25,745 nucleotides of DNA from a virus: the IMG/VR virus record IMGVR_UViG_3300009519_000012. One strand, written 5' to 3'. This document shows, piece after piece, positions 8,274 to 16,307 of the stretch (the stretch's first letter is position 1; every line of letters starts with the position of its first letter). The position numbers were made by a program, and so were the translations under genes. The notes under the pieces are model-generated. The model worked only from the letters and a program-made list of their open reading frames with translations, ran no database searches and was not told where the DNA came from.

Positions 8274-8955
8274 TTTTCTTATCCTCGAAATTAGTATAAT
8301 ACCCTACATACGATTGCGTTGCCGCCCTCACCCATACTGTAGGATACTTCCCTCCTCCAGACGCGGTCAAATCGCCGCTAAGTGCAATGGAGTTAATTTT
8401 ATACCATCCATTTCTCACGGATTCTATGAACCGTTCCATCGTCATCGGATAACTAAACTTTGTCGTATACCAACCAGACTTCTCTAAAAATTCTTTTCTT
8501 GATTGATAAAACCTAGTAAACCCCATCCTCTTTAATTGGTGCTGCGTAGTATCTCCAGGAGCCGACACTTGCTCAATTACAAGCAATGGTCCTCTCGGAT
8601 CAATACATTCCTCTCCGTAATACCTAGCAATTTGTGCAACGATTGGAACTAACTCTACTGGACTCTGCTCGTGCGAAACATATTCCGCTACCTGTACGCA
8701 AGGTTCATCTATTTTTCCTACGCGCATCACAGAAATCACGGATGGGTCTACTCCAAGTCCATGCCCTGTTTCAACCCCTATACTATAATCGTATCCTTCG
8801 CGTGGTTCCTCGTAAATCGTCAAACCGTCTATTTCAAGTTTTCCTATCGCAATAGGAGAATACTCTTTAGGTGTTATCTCCGCAAATATGTTCGGCGCAA
8901 CCGCTGCAGTAGCCGCTCCGATACCTAAAAACTTAAAGAATGTTCGTCTGTTCAT
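8266..8955 (-). CDS. Terminase-large-subunit nuclease-domain paralog with an N-terminal twin-arginine (Tat-like) signal; probably catalytically inactive
   Basis: Likely start MNRRTFFKFLGIGAATAAVAP (ATG at 8955; the ORF track starts at 8994). Aligns by eye with the C-terminus of the adjacent TerL: IYEEPREGYDYSIGVETGHG vs VYEGPKEGFDYACGVDTADG, IEQVSAPGDTTQHQLKRMGF vs IEQVRGPGDTCQNQLKIMGF, VRAATQSY vs VRAAAQSY. Confidence 0.85.
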   Translation of the reverse strand: MNRRTFFKFLGIGAATAAVAPNIFAEITPKEYSPIAIGKLEIDGLTIYEEPREGYDYSIGVETGHGLGVDPSVISVMRVGKIDEPCVQVAEYVSHEQSPVELVPIVAQIARYYGEECIDPRGPLLVIEQVSAPGDTTQHQLKRMGFTRFYQSRKEFLEKSGWYTTKFSYPMTMERFIESVRNGWYKINSIALSGDLTASGGGKYPTVWVRAATQSYVGYYTNFEDKKNA

Positions 8956-9035
8956 TATTTCTGCTACCTTTCTAGTGTGCAAAAGTGAGCACACTGGTTA
9001 GTTCCTGCTTCTTCCAAACCGCTTGCCCCATCCCC

Positions 9036-11213
9036 CTACTTCCAGCTTCCTATCGACACCATGTTTGACCTACAGACTCCCTCGTTGGGGTCTACTGTCT
9101 CTCTCTTAGGTACATAATACCTCTTTTGGCTACGAGATGCAAAGTCATCCAAATCATGCGTAGTAAAATAACTTTGCGCAGCTGCCCTTACTCGATCATC
9201 AAACTGTCCTTCTCTATGTTCCATCTTTGATTTGCTTCCTGTTATGTGACGCTCAAGAGTCTTGCATTCCTCAATCAACCACTTTGATTTTGGAATATAC
9301 CATCCTCCGTTAATAGCGTCTACAAAACTCGTCATAAGCATTGGTACGCTCCACGAGTTTGAGTACCATCCCTGTTTAGTTTTAGATTCATCTTTAATCT
9401 TTTTTGAATCATACCTCTTGGGAGCATGATGATAATTAAAACCCATGATCTTTAACTGGTTTTGGCAAGTATCACCCGGTCCTCTAACTTGTTCAATGGC
9501 AAACTTTACCCCTCGATGATCCTTTGTTCTTTTCCCATACCATGTAGCCATACAAGCCACAAATGGAACCATCTGCGCAGGATTCATCCTCTTGCTCGTT
9601 AATTCACAAGCCTGCTCGTCACATCCATCTCCTTTCCCTACTTTAGAAATAGACGCACAAGCTCTCTCTTCATCTTCTTTATCAAGACCATCTGCCGTAT
9701 CTACTCCACAAGCATAATCAAATCCTTCTTTTGGTCCCTCATAAACCAATAATTTATCCATCGTATCTTTCTCATTGTATTCATTGACTGGAAGCAGTGG
9801 AATCATATTCCACTTATATTTCTCTCCTCTTCTTGAAGTCCATTCTACTTCTATAACAGACTTATCTTTATCTATTTCTGATTCGTCTGGGTAAAATGTT
9901 TCTTCAATTGAGTGTCCAGTAATCGCATAGGCTTGCATCGGTTCACTACGAACCATCTTATGTCCTCTTCCGTCTCCTATTACCTCATATACATTATTCT
10001 CAACCGCCGCTATAACGTCTGGGTCAAATACTGTGTCATGTACTCCTGTCAATGCTTCATAGTCATCCGCCGCCATCTGAGCAAGCCAAATCTTTTGCGT
10101 GTGATTCTTACACGCTTGGTCATAATTAAATTGCCAAAACCACTGCTGTTCAACTGGCATACGCCAATCTTTACCGACTACTCTTGATAAATATGGCGTA
10201 TTACGAACATAAGACTCACATCGTGTTACGTGCTTTCGCGTTACATCCGAAATTACTCTATTCCAATCTCCCGGTACAGGAAACTTACGAACCCAATCAT
10301 CCTCTGGATAAAGATCAGGAACCATCACCCACGGAATAAAGATAGGACATAATCTGGATTTTCCTAAAGGCCAATCCTCTTTTGAGCTTTTCCATGTATC
10401 AGCAAGCCATCCAGTATTTCCACCTCCCGTTCCCTCAAGGACCATAAACAGATTCCTAGATGAGTGCGTTGCTCTTAACAATCCTTCCTCAATCGTCTTC
10501 TTCGCATCCTTAAAATCCGCCAACTCTGAGACGTGAATATTTGTAGGCGTCCATCCTTGCGCTAGACCCGTCGCCTGTGATCCTGATTGAATAGAAAGAA
10601 TCGACTTGTTTTCATACTCTCTAATATACTGAGAGTCTTTTATCGTGCTAGGAACCAACCAAAAAGGGCAGTTATCGTGAGCGGTATCAATAATTCTTCC
10701 AATCAACTCTGACTTCTTAGATTCTACAGAAGCCATAATTGATTGCGTGTGTGGAATGAATAACATACGATTGATAAATTTAAGAGCCGTCTTGGTCGTG
10801 ATGCCAACCTGGCGAGCCTTCAAGATAATCAGTTCTATAGATACTTGATCTTCGTCGAATTTTTCAATTACTGAGTCAAATATCTGCTGTGATAGCCTAT
10901 TTTGAAATTTATATATCTCTCCCTTCTCGTTGCACACGTATGCGTAGCGGCTCTCCCAATAATTTGAATCTAAACGACATAACACCTTTTCGTTTTGGAT
11001 AAATCTCTGTACTTCTTGTATCCTTTTCTCTGTTAATCCAGATTTTACTCTAATATACGTGTTTTTTGAGTTACTTGAATCATCTTTATATGTGATCTTT
11101 TTCATGTATTCTATGAAGTCTTGAACCTCTGCTAGTGAATGATAAACAGGTTCCCAACCTTCACTAGCAGAGAAGTAGTTTAAGTGCTTATCTATTGTCT
11201 TTCTTGAATACAT
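9036..11213 (-). CDS. terL: Terminase large subunit
   Basis: Walker A-like IILKARQVGITT, Walker B-like IHVSELAD, coupling motif VLEGTGGG, RNase H-like nuclease motifs CGVDTADG, IEQ and FDDRVRA. Confidence 0.92.
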   Translation of the reverse strand: MYSRKTIDKHLNYFSASEGWEPVYHSLAEVQDFIEYMKKITYKDDSSNSKNTYIRVKSGLTEKRIQEVQRFIQNEKVLCRLDSNYWESRYAYVCNEKGEIYKFQNRLSQQIFDSVIEKFDEDQVSIELIILKARQVGITTKTALKFINRMLFIPHTQSIMASVESKKSELIGRIIDTAHDNCPFWLVPSTIKDSQYIREYENKSILSIQSGSQATGLAQGWTPTNIHVSELADFKDAKKTIEEGLLRATHSSRNLFMVLEGTGGGNTGWLADTWKSSKEDWPLGKSRLCPIFIPWVMVPDLYPEDDWVRKFPVPGDWNRVISDVTRKHVTRCESYVRNTPYLSRVVGKDWRMPVEQQWFWQFNYDQACKNHTQKIWLAQMAADDYEALTGVHDTVFDPDVIAAVENNVYEVIGDGRGHKMVRSEPMQAYAITGHSIEETFYPDESEIDKDKSVIEVEWTSRRGEKYKWNMIPLLPVNEYNEKDTMDKLLVYEGPKEGFDYACGVDTADGLDKEDEERACASISKVGKGDGCDEQACELTSKRMNPAQMVPFVACMATWYGKRTKDHRGVKFAIEQVRGPGDTCQNQLKIMGFNYHHAPKRYDSKKIKDESKTKQGWYSNSWSVPMLMTSFVDAINGGWYIPKSKWLIEECKTLERHITGSKSKMEHREGQFDDRVRAAAQSYFTTHDLDDFASRSQKRYYVPKRETVDPNEGVCRSNMVSIGSWK

Positions 11214-11214
11214 C

Positions 11215-11460
11215 CTACTTCACCAAACTCCTAGTTCTTTTGGGAACCCACGGCGGGAGTAAACTCAGTATCCGTCGCGTATACACCGCATCGTTATCAT
11301 CTAAACAGTCTTTCAAGTCCTCTATCGAGTCAAAAACAACTCGACTATCAAACGACACGAAACTAGCTTGCAGCGTATCATAGAAACAAAATTCCCGCGC
11401 CCATTCAGGGTCGTCGGGATCACTTGCTATCTGCTTGCCAAGGTCAATAAATCGAATCAA
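11215..11460 (-). CDS. Hypothetical protein
   Basis: 81-aa ORF tightly packed between the putative terS and terL. Confidence 0.7.
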   Translation of the reverse strand: MIRFIDLGKQIASDPDDPEWAREFCFYDTLQASFVSFDSRVVFDSIEDLKDCLDDNDAVYTRRILSLLPPWVPKRTRSLVK

Positions 11461-12357
11461 TCATCCCTCCAGCAACCGTTGTTTGATTTTAATAATCTTT
11501 CCGTCCAAGATGTCGTCTCCACCAAACAATCTTTCCTCTACATCGTCTCCTTGGTAAACAGACTGACTATTTACTACATCTTCCCCATCCTTACTTTTTC
11601 CTCCTGGAAACGTTGCTACCTGTTGGTTGATATTTACCGTTGCACCCCTCGGCGATTGCAAAAATCCATTGACTATATCAAGTGCTTCCCTGTCCTTTAC
11701 GCCTCCAGCCATCTTTGCAAACTTGATTCTATTCTTTGTAATCTCAGGATGACTAGATACTGCTAGAAACCTACTCTTGTTCCAACTGTACGTCTGCACC
11801 GCCATCTGAATAGCCCCAAGTAAGTATATCGGATTCACTTTGGCTTTTATCATTATAGCTTCCCATGGCAATCTGTCCCTATCGCCAATAGGAATCTTGT
11901 CGTAAACCTTCAAGAAATCCGCTACTACTTCATCGTTCGTTGTAAAACGCATAGCCTCAAGAGCGGTTCTTAGTCCGCCTTTGAGACTTTTTTTCAACAT
12001 TGGTGTTATCTGTGGCAACGATTGAAATGCTTCCGGCTTTACCTTCAACCTCTTCAACGCTTGCAGTGTCCTGCTCTCCAACGCTGACAGTTTCGGTACT
12101 GGCATCAGAGACTTTGGTTTTCTTTCCTTCTTCGGGGTGAGTTCTTCTCCACTCTCTAACTCGTTCTCCAACGTATTCTTCTTCATCATCGTCGTCTGTT
12201 TGTCTAAGATTTGTGAGCCATTGCTCAATAGGGATGTTAATGTCTCCTCTGCGCTCTTTGGCTTTATCCTCTTCGGTTTGGACACGACTGATGATAACTT
12301 CTTTTTGCGGTCCTGGCTCTGGCCAGTATCGGGTTCCTGCTCTCTTAGCTGCTTCAT
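11461..12357 (-). CDS. Hypothetical protein, candidate terminase small subunit (true start uncertain, possibly 12105 MPVPKL)
   Basis: Lies upstream of terL, has a helical core and a TVNINQQ-type C-terminal motif; its 5' part overlaps 11957..12427. Confidence 0.55.
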   Translation of the reverse strand: MKQLREQEPDTGQSQDRKKKLSSVVSKPKRIKPKSAEETLTSLLSNGSQILDKQTTMMKKNTLENELESGEELTPKKERKPKSLMPVPKLSALESRTLQALKRLKVKPEAFQSLPQITPMLKKSLKGGLRTALEAMRFTTNDEVVADFLKVYDKIPIGDRDRLPWEAIMIKAKVNPIYLLGAIQMAVQTYSWNKSRFLAVSSHPEITKNRIKFAKMAGGVKDREALDIVNGFLQSPRGATVNINQQVATFPGGKSKDGEDVVNSQSVYQGDDVEERLFGGDDILDGKIIKIKQRLLEG

Positions 12358-12427
12358 TCAAACCTTCCAAAGATTTCGCAATGGATTCAAAGGATACTAC
12401 AATACGTTCAATTTGTTCTTTGGTCAT
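11957..12427 (-). CDS. Hypothetical acidic/charged protein
   Basis: 156 aa; GGGAGG RBS; ATGA overlap with the upstream ORF. Confidence 0.7.
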   Translation of the reverse strand: MTKEQIERIVVSFESIAKSLEGLNEAAKRAGTRYWPEPGPQKEVIISRVQTEEDKAKERRGDINIPIEQWLTNLRQTDDDDEEEYVGERVREWRRTHPEEGKKTKVSDASTETVSVGEQDTASVEEVEGKAGSISIVATDNTNVEKKSQRRTKNRS

Positions 12428-12570
12428 ACATCCTCCCGATTGTAGTATTCCTTAACAACTTCTTGAAGTTTCAAGAACGATTCTCTCGCCATACGTTCAA
12501 TTTCTTCGTTGCTTGTTCCTATTGAAATATAAGCATTTACCGAAAAAAATTGTCCAGGATTAACTCTCAT
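12424..12570 (-). CDS. Hypothetical 48-aa protein (MRVNPGQFFSV...)
   Basis: Manual translation; ATGA overlaps on both sides. Confidence 0.65.
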   Translation of the reverse strand: MRVNPGQFFSVNAYISIGTSNEEIERMARESFLKLQEVVKEYYNREDV

Positions 12571-12746
12571 CGCCCATTCATAAGGGAGTAAAAGACATAA
12601 TTCCCCTTTTTAATCGCAGCGCGAGGATCTGGTGTTGTGTGGTCCATCTCCCAATCCTTCGTTGTTCGGTTATACACCATACGTGGTCCTTCTTCAACTT
12701 CTTTTGGAATCGAATCACTCGTTATAACAATCTGTTCATCTCTCAT
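12567..12746 (-). CDS. Hypothetical 59-aa protein (MRDEQIVITS...)
   Basis: Manual translation; AGGAGG RBS. Confidence 0.7.
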   Translation of the reverse strand: MRDEQIVITSDSIPKEVEEGPRMVYNRTTKDWEMDHTTPDPRAAIKKGNYVFYSLMNGR

Positions 12747-12754
12747 ACCGCCTC

Positions 12755-12958
12755 CTAGTCAAAATCAACCATATACTTCTGATCCACCGCATCAAGAAAT
12801 TTTATCACATCTCCAAGAGTTCTAACCTGTGACCACTTAACGGGATACATCGTTCTTCTTCTTTCCTCATATCGTGATACCGCAACCGCATTCATCCACA
12901 CCAGAACAGGAGCAGTAATCACGAGAATTCCTAGAAAGATATACGACATAATTATCAT
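12755..12958 (-). CDS. Small membrane protein
   Basis: 67 aa with an N-terminal hydrophobic helix; ATGA overlap. Confidence 0.65.
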   Translation of the reverse strand: MIIMSYIFLGILVITAPVLVWMNAVAVSRYEERRRTMYPVKWSQVRTLGDVIKFLDAVDQKYMVDFD

Positions 12959-13161
12959 TTCAGTTCTCCTGTTATCCTCTGCGACCGAACAATCTCAGGC
13001 ACCATTGCGGCTAGGATTTCTGATAACTTCTTGTTATTGTCGTAGAACCTGTCCAAATAATGCTCTACTGCCCAGTCTGCATCTATTTCAGGATACCGTT
13101 CCTTGACTGCCGCACGTACAGTGTCTTCCAACTCAATCATCTTTTCAAGTTTCGTTTTCAC
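12955..13161 (-). CDS. Hypothetical protein (likely GTG start, VKTKLEKM...)
   Basis: The track ORF 12955..13302 overlaps the MTQQ ORF; a GTG at 13161 directly follows that ORF's stop. Confidence 0.6.
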   Translation of the reverse strand: MKTKLEKMIELEDTVRAAVKERYPEIDADWAVEHYLDRFYDNNKKLSEILAAMVPEIVRSQRITGELK

Positions 13162-13162
13162 A

Positions 13163-13330
13163 TTAAATCCCCGTGTAGTCGTTCTTACGCTTCGGCTTTT
13201 TCCACATATCCTCAAGAATAGGACACATCTCTGGCGCAGACGAATGGAGTCCTTGTTCCTTACGTGAAGTCTCACTGTAGTATGGACCACAGATACGATC
13301 ACACTCGGATTGTTTTTCTTGTTGCGTCAT
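13163..13330 (-). CDS. Hypothetical 55-aa protein MTQQEKQSECDRICGP...
   Basis: Manual translation; the start codon lies inside the 94-bp repeat. Confidence 0.55.
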   Translation of the reverse strand: MTQQEKQSECDRICGPYYSETSRKEQGLHSSAPEMCPILEDMWKKPKRKNDYTGI

Positions 13331-13414
13331 AGATTTTGTCGCATGAAACCCACTGTTTTAACGGTGGGCTGAATGCGATTTTCCTTTCGTTTGACAAAGT
13401 AACGTAAAAGATTT
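13321..13414 (+). repeat. Remnant B: 94-bp exact copy of 16298..16391 (10-bp flank plus IS200/IS605 left-end hairpin and TTGACA box)
   Basis: Base-by-base identity over 94 nt; contains TCGCAT..CCCACTGTTTTAACGGTGGG..ATGCGA. Confidence 0.92.
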
Positions 13415-13486
13415 TGGTTCAAGATTTCCTACCTCGTCACTGTCGTACAAAACAAGATACTTTGAGTTTGTGCTCAATTTTTCCAT
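13358..13486 (-). CDS. 42-aa ORF MEKLSTNSKYLVLYDSDEVGNLEP..., with its 3' end supplied by repeat B (possibly a disrupted gene)
   Basis: AAGGAGAG RBS; the reading frame runs into the repeat and stops in the hairpin. Confidence 0.5.
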   Translation of the reverse strand: MEKLSTNSKYLVLYDSDEVGNLEPKSFTLLCQTKGKSHSAHR

Positions 13487-13507
13487 TTTCTCTCCTTTTC
13501 AATTCCT

Positions 13508-13542
13508 ATGCGCGTGCCGGGTTGGTTACCGGCTACGCGCAT
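13508..13542. terminator. GC-rich 13-bp hairpin downstream of the Ig-like gene (terminator or stabilizer; no clear U-tract)
   Basis: ATGCGCGT-GCCGG-GTTGGTTA-CCGGC-T-ACGCGCAT. Confidence 0.4.
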
Positions 13543-13562
13543 CTCTCCTCGTAAGGTACTTG

Positions 13563-14051
13563 TTAAGCTACCTGCGTAAGTTGCAAAGCGAACACCTGCG
13601 GAGCCGACGTTACAGGAATGCTAATCGTCCCCGTAAGAGGATTTCCGTTAGGGTCTACCGTGGTTGCTGTGATGGTAACGCTGGTGGACGTGTCTCCTGC
13701 CGGTACATTGACGACAATCTGCTGTCCAAGAGGAACTGCACCATCAGAATCGTCCGCTGTAGCCGGGGTAAAGGTCACACTAGGATCGGATGCTGTCCAT
13801 GTGAACGTGGGAGCGTAGGTAGACCCAACAGGAGGGTTGTACAGTACGCCATTCTCATATACTTCCGCCTCAATCTGTCCTGTTGTACCAGCAACGATGT
13901 TTCCAATGCTCATTCTTATCTCCAGTGAAAAATGGTTGTGATGCGGTTGAAGTTGATGAAGGATTTCCCGCAAGAATTTCATGATCTCTCGCGTTAATCT
14001 TAGTATATCCTCCAGTAGTCTACTGTGTTTGAACATTTCTTGAATCCTCAA
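13563..14051 (-). CDS. Protein with a C-terminal Ig-like beta-sandwich domain
   Basis: TFTWTASDPSVTF...SVTITAT resembles Big_2-type Ig domains; a possible internal start at MSIGNIV has its own GGAG. Confidence 0.6.
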   Translation of the reverse strand: MRIQEMFKHSRLLEDILRLTREIMKFLREILHQLQPHHNHFSLEIRMSIGNIVAGTTGQIEAEVYENGVLYNPPVGSTYAPTFTWTASDPSVTFTPATADDSDGAVPLGQQIVVNVPAGDTSTSVTITATTVDPNGNPLTGTISIPVTSAPQVFALQLTQVA

Positions 14052-14060
14052 ATTCGGTTT

Positions 14061-14909
14061 TTACGCATTAAACAAATCTACTGCTCCCCCAAAAGGCTCT
14101 CCACCAATACGTTCTGCCGGTTGAATAACAGGATTTTGCCTCGGAACTGGACCACTATTTGCCAAATATAATGATTGGTCTATTTCCGGCATATCTTTCA
14201 TTGGATTGTTAAATACTGGCTGTTGAGATTGTGCATAACCAAAATTCACAGAGCTTTGTGGTCCTGAAACGTGATTAAATCTATTAAATTCATCCGTTTC
14301 CACATGAGGATCAATCGTTCCTCCTAACGCCCTAATCGTCTGAATCAAACGAGGCATCTTCGCTGTTAATCGCGCCGCCATTTCATCATGAAAGGCTAAT
14401 TCCTCTCTCGCTTCATCGTATTCCTTTTCCGCTACTGAAAGAGCTTTCCCGTAAATCTTGGACACTGGCTTTTCTTTTGAAGCCCTCTTTCGTCCTTTTT
14501 CGGCAGGACTAGGACTATTATTTGTCCTAGTTGGTTGGGAAACTACGGGACCGGGATCGTAAGGATGTTCTATCGTTAAAAGAAGGTGCGTTCCTTCACC
14601 TTTTTCTATACTTTGTCCGTTTAAGCAAGCAGGGCAGTGCTTGGATTCCTGAGTAGATTCTGTTTCTCCAAAAGGCTCAGGATTTGGTTTTGGCTCTTCC
14701 TTGTATATAAACGGAACAGGAATAAGTGATGGCTCCGTTTTTTCTCCTGTTCCTTGATTTACATAAGCATATTCTACTATAACTGGAGTCTCTTTTTTCT
14801 TTGCCCATCGTTTCGCAGATGCAATCTTGGCTATTGCACTACGCTGCTCTTTCGACAGCTTTTCCGCTCTGGCTTTTCCGCCATTCGTTCCTCGATTACT
14901 TTCACTCAT
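14061..14909 (-). CDS. Hypothetical protein with an N-terminal GGKARAEKLS..RSAIAK..A..RW basic motif
   Basis: The motif resembles the N-terminus of P63C-associated/KGG-like nucleic-acid-binding proteins; also has a CPAC motif and a coiled coil. Confidence 0.65.
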   Translation of the reverse strand: MSESNRGTNGGKARAEKLSKEQRSAIAKIASAKRWAKKKETPVIVEYAYVNQGTGEKTEPSLIPVPFIYKEEPKPNPEPFGETESTQESKHCPACLNGQSIEKGEGTHLLLTIEHPYDPGPVVSQPTRTNNSPSPAEKGRKRASKEKPVSKIYGKALSVAEKEYDEAREELAFHDEMAARLTAKMPRLIQTIRALGGTIDPHVETDEFNRFNHVSGPQSSVNFGYAQSQQPVFNNPMKDMPEIDQSLYLANSGPVPRQNPVIQPAERIGGEPFGGAVDLFNA

Positions 14910-14937
14910 TCTTTCTCCCGGTAGTACAGTTCTTCAA

Positions 14938-15051
14938 TTCCTGCCGCTTATCCGGTATCGTGTTTACTCGCAACGCATGGCTTTCAAGCAACGCCGGATT
15001 TCCACCTTTACGAAGCGGCAGGGAGTTTTCTGGTTGTCAGTGGACCAGAAA
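14938..15051. ncRNA. Candidate structured RNA filling the intergenic region
   Basis: Nested stems CCTGCCGCTT(14940-49)/AAGCGGCAGG(15013-22) and ATCCGG(14950-55)/CCGGAT(14994-99), plus TTTCTGGT(15027-34)/ACCAGAAA(15044-51). Confidence 0.45.
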
Positions 15052-15053
15052 CT

Positions 15054-15527
15054 TTATACTACATCAACCGAACCGCCTACGGCAACATTTCCACCACTAT
15101 CTTCCATGGTCGCTGCCATTGCGTCAATTATACTCCTGCGCGTATACTTGCGCTTGGTTCGAGTAGGAGTATTCGTTCCATCCTCTTCGCTAGGCTCCGG
15201 TGGAACTTCCATCTTGGCATCCTTAATACGTCCTCGTACTATATTAAGGTTTGGTTCCTCGTCAACCACTACACTTTCTTTGACCTCGACAGGATTCTCA
15301 ACTACTTCCTTTGGCAATTCAACCTTGAGAGGAACTTCAATGTTCATGTCCAGCGAAACTATACTTGAATCGTACAGTTTCAGGTGAATCTCTGCTGTCG
15401 CACTGTACGAACGATAACGATCTGAGTCTCGTAAATCACACGAATAATTCAGTTTACGAAGGATATGATCGAGTAAATCATCCTTGATTTCTGTTCCTGA
15501 AAGCCCTTGAACAATTTCATCCGCCAT
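15054..15527 (-). CDS. Hypothetical protein
   Basis: 157 aa; GGGAG RBS. Confidence 0.7.
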   Translation of the reverse strand: MADEIVQGLSGTEIKDDLLDHILRKLNYSCDLRDSDRYRSYSATAEIHLKLYDSSIVSLDMNIEVPLKVELPKEVVENPVEVKESVVVDEEPNLNIVRGRIKDAKMEVPPEPSEEDGTNTPTRTKRKYTRRSIIDAMAATMEDSGGNVAVGGSVDVV

Positions 15528-15570
15528 TGCATATCTCCCTTTGAATCAGTTGTTTGGATTGTTTATACTG

Positions 15571-15855
15571 CTAGAAACTGTACTCTTCCTCTTCGTCCTT
15601 GGGTTTCTGCTTGCGCTTTTTGCCCATCTCGTACTTCTTTTTTAGAGCCTCATACTTTTGTATTGTACCCTCTTGCGGAATAATCGTACCCGTTTCAATG
15701 TTCTGAATAGTCCGTCTGCTTATCCCGCAAATTTCCGCTAAAAACGTTTGAGTCAATGCGTTATCGATCCTGAACTGCCGCCACGTCTGCGCGATTGACT
15801 CCATCTCGCCCTTGACTTCTTCATCCACTATACGCTTTGTTCTCGCCATACGCAA
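15571..15855 (-). CDS. XRE-family helix-turn-helix regulator
   Basis: FRIDNALTQTFLAEICGISRRTIQNIETG is a canonical HTH_3 pattern. Confidence 0.88.
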   Translation of the reverse strand: MRMARTKRIVDEEVKGEMESIAQTWRQFRIDNALTQTFLAEICGISRRTIQNIETGTIIPQEGTIQKYEALKKKYEMGKKRKQKPKDEEEEYSF

Positions 15856-15867
15856 GCATCCTTTCTG

Positions 15868-15896
15868 TTTTTATACGCTTTGTTCTGGTTTGTCAA
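15868..15896 (-). promoter_or_regulatory. Possible promoter for the XRE gene
   Basis: TTGACA with TAAAAA at 17-nt spacing (or TATAAA at 15 nt). Confidence 0.35.
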
Positions 15897-15899
15897 GCA

Positions 15900-16307
15900 T
15901 TATTTTCTCGTGATCCCCCTTCTTGCTCTCACTAGTGCCTCTGCTACCGCATCTAGACTGTCCTCATGAAGACTGCTCAACCATTTATCTTCATCCATAA
16001 CTTTCATCACTTTTGGATGATCTCTCCACGTAACCTCTTTAGTGTGTAGAAGTTCATGAACAATAACAACTTCCAACTCTCTTCTGAAATACTCTCTATC
16101 TGTGTTCGTCCTATCGTTAGGATGACGTAGAATAATCTTCTGTCTATGACGAATAGGGCAAACCTTACAGTTTCCTAATTTATCTCCCATCTCTTCCGCA
16201 TTACTTATCACAATATCAAAATCGATATGGTCTAATCGGAGTTGCGGTTGCCAATAGGATAGATACTCCTTGGCTTGCTGGAGTTCCTTGTCTTCTAGTT
16301 GCGTCAT
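15900..16307 (-). CDS. HExxH (zincin-like) putative metallopeptidase
   Basis: ELEVVIVHELLH motif with downstream acidic residues. Confidence 0.65.
   Translation of the reverse strand: MTQLEDKELQQAKEYLSYWQPQLRLDHIDFDIVISNAEEMGDKLGNCKVCPIRHRQKIILRHPNDRTNTDREYFRRELEVVIVHELLHTKEVTWRDHPKVMKVMDEDKWLSSLHEDSLDAVAEALVRARRGITRK

Noticed and set aside
9036-11213. Intein or intron explaining the long TerL
   Set aside because: No intein splice-junction (C...HN) or homing-endonuclease motifs were seen, and the frame is uninterrupted.
11987-11993. A_AAA_AAG -1 slippery heptamer in the 156-aa ORF
   Set aside because: A -1 shift leads to the third frame, not to the overlapping terS-like frame, which is +1.
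13483-13506. 15/20 match to element C's guide near remnant B (possible self-target)
   Set aside because: The mismatches fall in the TAM-proximal seed and the adjacent motif is CCAT rather than TCAT. Both sites are purine-rich RBS regions, which explains the similarity.
14960-15000. Resemblance of minus-strand GUUGCUU..AGCC..GCGUUG to the pistol ribozyme core
   Set aside because: There is no 3' partner for GUUGC and no P1-loop pseudoknot. A hammerhead CUGANGA core is also absent.
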